From Cryobacterium sp. (GTDB lineage Bacteria; Actinomycetota; Actinomycetes; Actinomycetales; Microbacteriaceae), in NCBI GenBank assembly GCA_019638935.1, contig JAHBSW010000002.1:37968-101967 (forward strand): 64,000 nucleotides of DNA. The letters run 5' to 3'. The notes below the pieces were generated by a model. The model worked only from the letters and a program-made list of their open reading frames with translations. It ran no database searches and was not told the origin of the DNA. Below are positions 53,005-60,697 of the stretch, in pieces. Within the stretch, counting starts at the first letter, position 1. Every line of letters starts with the position of its first letter. The position numbers were made by a program, and so were the translations under genes.

Positions 53005-54416
53005 ATCAGAAGACCTCCGTTCCCGGGCCTGCGAAGCTCACCGGGCGGTCCGCCACCGGACCGTCTCAGTGGCACGCCAGCCACACGACGTCGACGAGCG
53101 AGGAGCTGCGCAATACGCGCACGCGGCTCGTGGGTACGCGAACCGGGTTCCTCGCAGAGTCGATCGTGGCGATCGTGCGCTTCGCTCGCGGGCTGCAGGG
53201 AGCCGCCCAGTCGGCGTTCGCCCGTGCCGTCTCGGTCGTCACCCCGCTGGGGTGGGTCGTGCTCGTGCTCGCGCCACTCGCACTGGCGGTGGGCTACGGC
53301 GTCAACTGGCTCGAACTCGTCGTCGCGGGCTACATCGGTGCTCTCCTCATCGTCATCGCGAGCATCTACCTGATCGGTCGGAACGCGTTCGAGCTGTCGC
53401 TCCTGCTCGCCCACCCGCGCGTCATCGTCGGGGAGGATGCCGAGGGCGTCGTCCATGTGCACAACCCCACCCGGCGGCGGCTGCTGGGAGCAACCGTGGA
53501 GGTGCCCGTGGGGGAGGCGCTCGCCGAGTTCGCGCTCCCCAGTCTGCGGCGCGGAGCATCCTTCGAGCACACCTTCGCGGTGCCGACGACGCAGCGCCAG
53601 GTTCTCGAGATCGGTCCCGTGCGCACCGTGAGAGCAGACCCCATCGGCCTCGTGCGCCGCGAGATAGAGCTCGCCGAGACGACCGAGCTCTTCATCCACC
53701 CGCAGACCATCGGCATTCCCAGCACGACGACGGGATTCATTCGCGACCTCGAGGGCAACCCCACGAAGCAACTCGCCGACAGCGATGTGTCGTTTCATGC
53801 GCTGCGGGAGTACACGACGGGCGATGAACGGCGCTACATCCACTGGAAGTCCACGGCGAAGACCGGCACCTACATGGTGCGGCAGTTCGAAGAGACGCGC
53901 CGCAGTCACCTCGTCGTCGCACTGAGCCTTGCCACGAACGACTATGCCGGCTCCCGCGAGTTCGAGCTCGCGGTGAGTGTCGCGGGTTCGCTCGGCGTGC
54001 GCGCGATTCGCGATGCGCGCGAGGTCTCCGTCGTCGTCGGTGAGCGCACGCCGGAATTCGCCAAACGCAAGGTCTTCGCCGTCAACGCGCTCGACACCCT
54101 CACGCGTGCGCGGCTGCTCGACGACCTCACTCGCGTCGATCGCGCCGAGTCCGCTCTCGCGGTGAGCGATGTCGCTCGGGTGGTCGCCGAGCGCACGGTC
54201 GGAGTCTCGGTCGCGTTCCTCCTCTGCGGCTCGCCCGTGACCCCCGCGCAGTTGCGCACGGCGTCGGCGGTCTTCCCGGCGGATGTCGAGGTCGTCGCCA
54301 TCGTCTGCGACCCGAAGTCCATTCCCGGGCTGCGTCGGGTGCCCGGACTCCACGTGCTCACGATCGGTTCCCTGCACGATCTCACGAAGGCCCTCGCGAA
54401 ATCGGCGGCCGTATGA
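53001..54416 (+). CDS. DUF58 domain-containing protein (MoxR partner)
   Basis: Two TM helices, then the DUF58 signature FHALREYTTGDERRYIHWKSTAKTGTYMVRQFEE. GTGA overlap with the MoxR stop. Confidence 0.85.
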   Translation: MNQKTSVPGPAKLTGRSATGPSQWHASHTTSTSEELRNTRTRLVGTRTGFLAESIVAIVRFARGLQGAAQSAFARAVSVVTPLGWVVLVLAPLALAVGYGVNWLELVVAGYIGALLIVIASIYLIGRNAFELSLLLAHPRVIVGEDAEGVVHVHNPTRRRLLGATVEVPVGEALAEFALPSLRRGASFEHTFAVPTTQRQVLEIGPVRTVRADPIGLVRREIELAETTELFIHPQTIGIPSTTTGFIRDLEGNPTKQLADSDVSFHALREYTTGDERRYIHWKSTAKTGTYMVRQFEETRRSHLVVALSLATNDYAGSREFELAVSVAGSLGVRAIRDAREVSVVVGERTPEFAKRKVFAVNALDTLTRARLLDDLTRVDRAESALAVSDVARVVAERTVGVSVAFLLCGSPVTPAQLRTASAVFPADVEVVAIVCDPKSIPGLRRVPGLHVLTIGSLHDLTKALAKSAAV

Positions 54417-56737
54417 CCGAACGGCGCCCCCTCTCGATCGGCTTCGTGCTCGCCGCGGTGCTGCTTCTCTGGCTCGGCCTGGGCCTTTCCGCGGTCGCGT
54501 TCTGGCCGATCTTCGCCGCCGCGCAGTTCGCCGTGATGGCGGTCGCCGCCATTCTCGTCGGCACGGCAATCGGCGTGCTCGGTGCCCGCTATCGCTGGTC
54601 CAGCCTCGTCGTCGCGCTCGCCACGCTCATCGCGTTCACCGCGCTGGGTGTGCCGCTCGCCGTGCCCGCGAAGACCATCCTGGGCGTGCTCCCGAGCTTC
54701 GGCGGACTCGCCGATCTCTTCTCCGGGGTCGCTCTCGGCTGGAAGCAGCTGCTCACCATCGCCCTGCCCGTCGGTGACTACCAGGCACTGCTGGTTCCCC
54801 CCTTCGCGCTGATTCTCGTCGTCACCGTCATCGCGGTGACCATCGCGCTGCGCACGTCGTTCGGCGAGGTCGCGGCCGTCGGTCCCGTCATCGTCTTTCT
54901 CGTCGGGCTCGCGTTCGGTGCGGAGACGACGACGTGGCCGCTTCAACTGACGATCGCGCTCGCCGCGGCCATCATTCTCTATCTCATCTGGTGCCGCTGG
55001 TACCGTCGACGGGCATCCATTCGGATGCTTGCACGCAAGGCCGCCAGCGTTGACGCAGCGCCCCTCGAGACGGTTGCCGACGGTGGCTTCGTGGGCACGC
55101 GAACCCTGGTGAGCGCTGCGGTCGTGTTCACGATCGCGGCCGTGGCGGGAGTCGGCATGACCGCGCTGCTTCCGCCGTCGGGGGAGCGCGAGGTGCTGCG
55201 ATCGAGCACGGTGCAGCCCTTCGATCCGAGGCAGCACTCGAGCCCGCTGAGCGAGTTCCGCGCCTTCCTCAAAGAACCGCAGTCCGACCGCCTGCTGCTG
55301 ACCGTCGGCGGCCTCGAGCCCGGTGCGCGTGTGCGACTCGCGACTCTCGACTCCTACGACGGCATCGTCTACGCCGTCGACGGCGAGCGACAGGGCAGCA
55401 CCTCGGGAGTCTTCGCGCGAATCCCGTATCGCATCGACCAATCGGCGGTGCTGGGCGATGAGGTCGTCATCAACGTGAGCGTCGCCGGCTATTCGGGTGT
55501 GTGGCTGCCGACGATCGGCGAGCTGGTGAGCGTCGACTTCGGGGGGCCGCGCGCCGTCGAGCTCCGTGACGGCTTCTACTACAACGACGCTGGTTCGACG
55601 GGTGCCGTGCTGGCCCCGCTCGCCCCCGGCGACCAGTACCGGCTCACCGCCGTCATCCCGACCCCGCCCGCGGCGCTGTCCGTCGCGAGCCTCGAACCCA
55701 ACCCCGTGCCGCTCGCACCGCTGCCGGATCTGCCCGACGGGCTCGCCTCCACCCTGGACCGCTACGTGAGCGGCGTCGAGGGGGCAGGTGCGCGACTGCA
55801 GGCGATGCTCGACGGGCTGGCAGCGGAGGGCTATGTGAGCCACGGCATCTCCGAAGACGAACCGCCGAGTCGTTCGGGACACTCCAGCGAGCGCATCTCG
55901 GAACTCTTCACCGGCTTGCGGATGCTGGGCGACGCGGAGCAGTACGCGGTGGCGGCTGCCCTGATGGCGCGCGAGCTCGGCTTCCCGGCCCGGGTCGTCG
56001 TGGGCTTCGCGCCCGAGGTCGTCGAGGGGGTCACGACCGAGATCACGGGGAACGACATCTCCGCCTGGATCGAGGTCTCGACGAGTCGCTTCGGCTGGGT
56101 TGCCCTCGACCCGACGCCGCCCCTGCGCGAGATCCCGGATGAGGCGCCGCCGGAGCCCACCACCGTGACACAGCCGCAGACGCCCGTGCAACCGCCGGAG
56201 ATCGAGCCCGATGTGCGCGACGAGCAGGCGCCGCCCGAGGCGGTGCGAGACGAGCCGGAGGCGACGAACCCCTGGTTGCAGGTGCTCGCCCGAGTGCTCG
56301 CGGTGCTCGCGTGGCTCACGCTGGCGGTGGCGGTCGCTCTCGCCCCGTTTCTCACGATCGCGGCGGCGAAGTGGCGCCGGCGCCGACTGCGCCGCAGGGC
56401 CCCGACGCCGCTGGAGCGGATCACGGGCGGGTGGCAGGAGTTCCACGACGCAGCACTCGACCACGGCTACAGCCCCGGTGCCGTGCCGACCCGGCTGGAG
56501 GTGGCGCAAGCCGTCGGCGGAACACAGCCCTACGTGCTCGCCGCTGTCGTCGACCGTGTCGTCTTCGCGCCGGGTGAGCCGAAAGAGACCGAGGCCGATC
56601 AGCTGTGGCGCTCGATCGACGAACTGCGTTTCGGCCTCGGTGCCGATCGCACACGCTGGGAGCGCATCAAGGCTCTCGTCTCGCTGCGGTCGCTCGGTGG
56701 TTATAGTGTGACCAGGCTGTTCCGGCGGGAGGGGTGA
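54413..56737 (+). CDS. TgpA-like transglutaminase-fold membrane protein with substituted catalytic Cys and His; C-terminal TM plus DUF4129-like tail
   Basis: About 6 N-terminal TM helices. The core reads LGDAEQYAVAAALMARELGFPARVVVGF...NDISAWIEV...GWVALDPTP. ATGA overlap with the DUF58 stop. Confidence 0.82.
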   Translation: MTERRPLSIGFVLAAVLLLWLGLGLSAVAFWPIFAAAQFAVMAVAAILVGTAIGVLGARYRWSSLVVALATLIAFTALGVPLAVPAKTILGVLPSFGGLADLFSGVALGWKQLLTIALPVGDYQALLVPPFALILVVTVIAVTIALRTSFGEVAAVGPVIVFLVGLAFGAETTTWPLQLTIALAAAIILYLIWCRWYRRRASIRMLARKAASVDAAPLETVADGGFVGTRTLVSAAVVFTIAAVAGVGMTALLPPSGEREVLRSSTVQPFDPRQHSSPLSEFRAFLKEPQSDRLLLTVGGLEPGARVRLATLDSYDGIVYAVDGERQGSTSGVFARIPYRIDQSAVLGDEVVINVSVAGYSGVWLPTIGELVSVDFGGPRAVELRDGFYYNDAGSTGAVLAPLAPGDQYRLTAVIPTPPAALSVASLEPNPVPLAPLPDLPDGLASTLDRYVSGVEGAGARLQAMLDGLAAEGYVSHGISEDEPPSRSGHSSERISELFTGLRMLGDAEQYAVAAALMARELGFPARVVVGFAPEVVEGVTTEITGNDISAWIEVSTSRFGWVALDPTPPLREIPDEAPPEPTTVTQPQTPVQPPEIEPDVRDEQAPPEAVRDEPEATNPWLQVLARVLAVLAWLTLAVAVALAPFLTIAAAKWRRRRLRRRAPTPLERITGGWQEFHDAALDHGYSPGAVPTRLEVAQAVGGTQPYVLAAVVDRVVFAPGEPKETEADQLWRSIDELRFGLGADRTRWERIKALVSLRSLGGYSVTRLFRREG

Positions 56738-56741
56738 GGCC

Positions 56742-57470
56742 GTGAAGTGTCGCTACTGCGACTCCGCGCTACCCGAACGTGCACTCTTCTGCGGCGAGTG
56801 CGGGCGTCCGGTGACGGCAGCCCAGGGCGAGCCGTCGCGGCCCATCGTGGCGCGGCCGCTGACCGTCGCGGCCCCGACGCCCGAGCCCGGTCTCACCGTT
56901 TCGACGGGCTCTCTTCGCACCATTGCCGAGGCGTGCGAGCAGTGCGGCTCAGCGCTGGCGCCGACCGACATCTTCTGCGGCGAGTGCGGTGCGGTGTCGC
57001 GAGCGCGCGTTTCGACGCAGGGTGAGGGCGATTTCTCGTCCTCGCTGCCGGCGCCAGCGCCGACGCCCCTCTCGGCTGTCGGTCCGGAGGGTGGGAAGTC
57101 CGCTGGTCGAGTAGCGGCGCAGCCGCGTATCGAGACCCCCCCTCAACAGAGTTTCATCCTCCAGTTCAGCACGGGCGACAGCGTCACCGTGAGAGGCTCG
57201 GGGCTCATCGGTCGTCACCCCCGCCCGGAGCCCGGCGAGTTCTTCGACGAACTCGTCAGGGTGCACGACTCGACCCGGTCGGTCTCGAAGACGCACCTGG
57301 AGTTCGGCCAGGAGGGCGGCGAGTTCTGGATCAAGGACCGCTTCTCGGGCAACGGCACCGTGCTGCGCGGGCCTGACGCTCCCGTCGTGCAGCTCGTCGC
57401 GGATCGCCGCTATCGTGTGCCGCGCGGCTCGCGCGTCGACCTCGGTGACCAGTTCTTCGTGCTGAGCTAG
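56742..57470 (+). CDS. double zinc-ribbon plus FHA domain protein
   Basis: Zinc ribbons CRYCDSAL...FCGECG and CEQCGSAL...FCGECG, then an FHA core LIGRHP...SVSKTHLEF...DRFSGNGTVL. GTG start 4 nt after the upstream stop. Confidence 0.88.
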   Translation: MKCRYCDSALPERALFCGECGRPVTAAQGEPSRPIVARPLTVAAPTPEPGLTVSTGSLRTIAEACEQCGSALAPTDIFCGECGAVSRARVSTQGEGDFSSSLPAPAPTPLSAVGPEGGKSAGRVAAQPRIETPPQQSFILQFSTGDSVTVRGSGLIGRHPRPEPGEFFDELVRVHDSTRSVSKTHLEFGQEGGEFWIKDRFSGNGTVLRGPDAPVVQLVADRRYRVPRGSRVDLGDQFFVLS

Positions 57471-57602
57471 CCGCGCTCGAACCGAGAGTCTCGTGAATCG
57501 GAGGCACGCGGGTAGTCCTCTACAGCCGTGGCATCCGACGTGTACTCCCGGGGGGTCGACACGGCCTGAGCGGCGCACCGGGGTGCGGGTTTTACTGTCT
57601 GA

Positions 57603-60512
57603 GTGACCCGCCGCATCCGTGTGCCCGCACCACCACAGCCGCCCGAGAAGCCCCCGTTCCCGCTGCTGGCAAGCCTTGCACCGGTCGCCGGTGCGCTCGT
57701 GATGTGGGCGTTCACGCAGTCGCCCTTCGCCCTCGTGTTCGCCCTGCTCGGCCCGCTCGTCGCCGGGGGCGGACTCGTCGATTCCCGGCGACGCCGCACC
57801 AAGCAGGCGCGGCTCGCGCGTGAGCAGTACGCAGCATCGCTGCGGGCTGCGCGGCAGCGCATCGATGCCGCTCACGAGTCCGAACGCGCCGAGCTGCTGC
57901 GGGCAGTCGCGCCGGCCCTCGACCCGCTCACTCACGGTACCGTCACCCATGAGCGCTGGCGGCACGAGCCAGGAGGCCCGCTCACGGTCTCCCTCGGCAT
58001 CGGCTCGGTCGCCAGCGAGCTCAGCATCGAGGGCTCGGCAGAACTCGATGCCGGCGTGGGCGAGGAGCAGAGCGACCTCGCGATGCGGGCGGCGCAGCTC
58101 GACGACGCGCCGATTCTCGTCGACGCTCGCGCGGGCATCGGAATAGTCGGCCCTGCGCTGGCGACGCGGGCGCTCCTGCGTGCGATCGTCGTTCAGCTCG
58201 CGCACTCGCTGGCTCCGGATGCCGCCCGGCTCCACCCGAAGAACCTCACCGACGTGAGCGACCTCACCTGGCTTCTCGAACTGCCGCATGCGAGCACCGA
58301 CACCATGGCTGCCACCGCGCCCGGCGAGAGTTCGCACAGCGTCGCGCCCACGGTGACAACGGTGCACTTCACCGACCTCGACGGACACAGTCTCGCCCTC
58401 GTCGCGCTTGCCGCTCACGAACGTGATCTGCCGCGCGAGTGCCATACGATCGTCAGCGTGAGCGGGGTGCTCGCCGTCGTGGTTCGCTCACCCGTCGAGG
58501 GCTCATTCGCGACCCTGCTGCGACCCCATATGCTCTCCCTCGAGAGCGCGACCCAGCTCGCAGTCCGGCTGCGGCGGAGAGCGGTTGCCGATGGCCTGAC
58601 TCGGCGCGATTCGATTCCCGAGAGAGTGGCATTCGCGGACCTCGGCGAACAACCATCGCCTGCGCAGCCGACCTCGCTCGACTGCGTCTTCGCGCTCGGC
58701 AGCGCGAGCGAGCCCATCATGGTCGATCTCGTCGGCGACGGCCCGCACGCTCTCGTCGGTGGCACCACGGGCAGCGGCAAGAGCGAGCTACTGTGCGCGT
58801 GGGTGCTCGCCATGGCGGCCAATCGAACCCCGCGTGACCTCAACGTTCTACTCGTCGACTTCAAGGGCGGGGCATCGTTTCGGATCATCGAGTCGCTGCC
58901 GCACTGCGTGGGAACAGTGACCGATCTCGATCCCACCGAAGCCGAGCGCGCCCTCACGAGCCTGCGTGCCGAGTTGCGCTATCGCGAGAGGGTGCTCGCC
59001 GAGCACGGAGCGCGCGATGTGGCCGAAATCGAGCGGGGAGCGCTGGCGCGCCTCGTCATCGTCGTCGACGAGTATGCCGCCCTCGTCATCGAGCACCCCT
59101 CGCTGCACGCGGTGTTCGCCGACATCGCGGCGCGCGGGCGCTCCCTCGGCGTGCACCTCATCCTCTCGACCCAGCGCCCCGCCGGGGTCGTGCGCGATGC
59201 CGTCTTCGCCAACGCGCCGATTCGGGTGAGCCTGCGCGTGCTCGATTCGGCCGAGAGCACGGCCGTCATCGGAGTCGCCGATGCTGCCCGGCTCAGTCCC
59301 GAGCATCCCGGGCGTGCCCTCGTGTCGCTTGCGGGCAGCGCGCCCGTCGAGCTCCAGCCCGCTCTCGTCACGGCACAGGATGTCGCGGCCATCCGGTCTG
59401 CTGCCGCACAGACCCCGGGCGATGCCGGGTACGCTCCGCGTCGGCCGTGGCTGCCCTCGCTTCCTCTCAGCGTCACGCCTTCCGAGCTGGCGGAGTCGGA
59501 AGGCGAGGCGACCGGAATCCGCTTCGCCCTCGCCGATCGCCCCTTCGAGCAGCGTCGCGTCGCCGCCACCTACGACCCGCGAGTCCACGGTCACCTGCTC
59601 GTCATCGGGGCTAAGGGTTCGGGTCGAAGCACCGTGCTCGCCGCCCTCGCTGCGTCGGCCGCAGACTCCGGGCTCGCGGTCACCGCCGTTCCGAGCGACA
59701 TCGAGGGGGCGTGGGATGTCGCGCACGAGGTGCTCGAGGTCGTTCGCTCCGGCAATGGCGCTCCGCAACTGTGCCTGATCGACGACCTCGATGTCGTCGT
59801 CTCACGGTTGCCCGACGACTACCGCGACCTCTTCCTGGGCACGGTGGGCATCCTCCTGCACGAGGGACCCTTCGCCGGCGTGCACCTCGTCATCACGACC
59901 GCCCGGGTCGGCTCGGCGATCAGCGCCGTCGCTGCACTGTGCGAGTCGCGCCTCGTGCTGCGGATGCCCGATCGCCACGAGCACCACGTCGCCGGCGCAG
60001 ATCCCGCCCGGTTCACTGCCGAACTGCCGCCCGGTCGCGGCTGGTGGAGAGACGATCTCGTGCAGGTCGCTCAGGTCGAATCGTCGACGCCGATGCCTAC
60101 CCGAGCGGCAGCCGGGCTCGAACCGCTCGAGCGGCGCAGCATGCTTGTCGTCTCGTCTCGTGCGACCGAGTTGGCGGCGACACTCGACGCGGCGTGGGGG
60201 AGCGGCACGGTCGAGCTCCTCGGCTTTCGCGAGCCTTCTTCGCTCACCATCGGCGATCCCGGCGAGCCCACCCGCGTCCTCATCGCCGATCCCGAGACCT
60301 GGCAGGGTCGCTGGGCACAGTTCACAGAGCTCGGTCGTCATGTCCCCGTCGCATTTCATGAGTGCACGCCCGGTCAGTACCGGCAACTCTGCGGATCGCG
60401 GGCTCTGCCAGCCCCGCTCGCGCGGCCCGGCGACTCGGTCTGGCTCCTGCATCCCGGGGGACGGGTGACTCGCGCCCGGCTCCCGGCCCGTGGGCCCGAC
60501 CGGCCGCGCTGA
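57603..60512 (+). CDS. FtsK/SpoIIIE-family ATPase with EccC/EssC-like architecture
   Basis: Two N-terminal TM helices and a basic coiled segment. The canonical P-loop domain has VGGTTGSGKSELL, Walker B LVIVVDEYAAL and LILSTQRPAG. A second, degenerate domain has VIGAKGSGRSTVL and LCLIDDLDVV. Confidence 0.85.
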   Translation: MTRRIRVPAPPQPPEKPPFPLLASLAPVAGALVMWAFTQSPFALVFALLGPLVAGGGLVDSRRRRTKQARLAREQYAASLRAARQRIDAAHESERAELLRAVAPALDPLTHGTVTHERWRHEPGGPLTVSLGIGSVASELSIEGSAELDAGVGEEQSDLAMRAAQLDDAPILVDARAGIGIVGPALATRALLRAIVVQLAHSLAPDAARLHPKNLTDVSDLTWLLELPHASTDTMAATAPGESSHSVAPTVTTVHFTDLDGHSLALVALAAHERDLPRECHTIVSVSGVLAVVVRSPVEGSFATLLRPHMLSLESATQLAVRLRRRAVADGLTRRDSIPERVAFADLGEQPSPAQPTSLDCVFALGSASEPIMVDLVGDGPHALVGGTTGSGKSELLCAWVLAMAANRTPRDLNVLLVDFKGGASFRIIESLPHCVGTVTDLDPTEAERALTSLRAELRYRERVLAEHGARDVAEIERGALARLVIVVDEYAALVIEHPSLHAVFADIAARGRSLGVHLILSTQRPAGVVRDAVFANAPIRVSLRVLDSAESTAVIGVADAARLSPEHPGRALVSLAGSAPVELQPALVTAQDVAAIRSAAAQTPGDAGYAPRRPWLPSLPLSVTPSELAESEGEATGIRFALADRPFEQRRVAATYDPRVHGHLLVIGAKGSGRSTVLAALAASAADSGLAVTAVPSDIEGAWDVAHEVLEVVRSGNGAPQLCLIDDLDVVVSRLPDDYRDLFLGTVGILLHEGPFAGVHLVITTARVGSAISAVAALCESRLVLRMPDRHEHHVAGADPARFTAELPPGRGWWRDDLVQVAQVESSTPMPTRAAAGLEPLERRSMLVVSSRATELAATLDAAWGSGTVELLGFREPSSLTIGDPGEPTRVLIADPETWQGRWAQFTELGRHVPVAFHECTPGQYRQLCGSRALPAPLARPGDSVWLLHPGGRVTRARLPARGPDRPR

Positions 60513-60697
60513 ACCGCCGAAACGAACAGAAACGATGGATTCCGCATCAGAAACCGAGGAACAGATACTGGATTCGCACCGGTTTACCAAAAAAATGGAG
60601 GTTTCGGCCATCAAGTGGTGGTGCTGTCGCCGCTGTTGTGCCAGTATCAACGAATCACATTCGATGACGCATTTGTGCTGGTTTTAAGGAGTGCACC
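60513..60697 (+). promoter_or_regulatory. AT-rich leader/promoter region upstream of the polyamine-type ABC importer
   Basis: My hand count gives 92 G+C in 185 nt (about 50 percent). Direct repeat TGGATTC(C)GCA at about 60536 and 60570, an A7 tract, and an AAGGAG ribosome-binding site at 60686-60691. Confidence 0.45.

Noticed and set aside
46841-56509. Long minus-strand ORFs inside the nine-gene block (46841..48466, 48827..49681, 49730..51244, 51616..52896, 52845..54569, 53942..56509)
   Set aside because: All are antisense to plus-strand genes that carry recognisable domains and are translationally coupled. Their translations are Arg/Gly/Asp/His-rich low-complexity sequence.
43092-60512. Recent horizontal acquisition (genomic island) of the nine-gene block
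   Set aside because: There is no integrase, transposase, flanking tRNA or direct repeats. Codon usage and composition look the same as in the housekeeping genes. Only an old rearrangement can be suggested.
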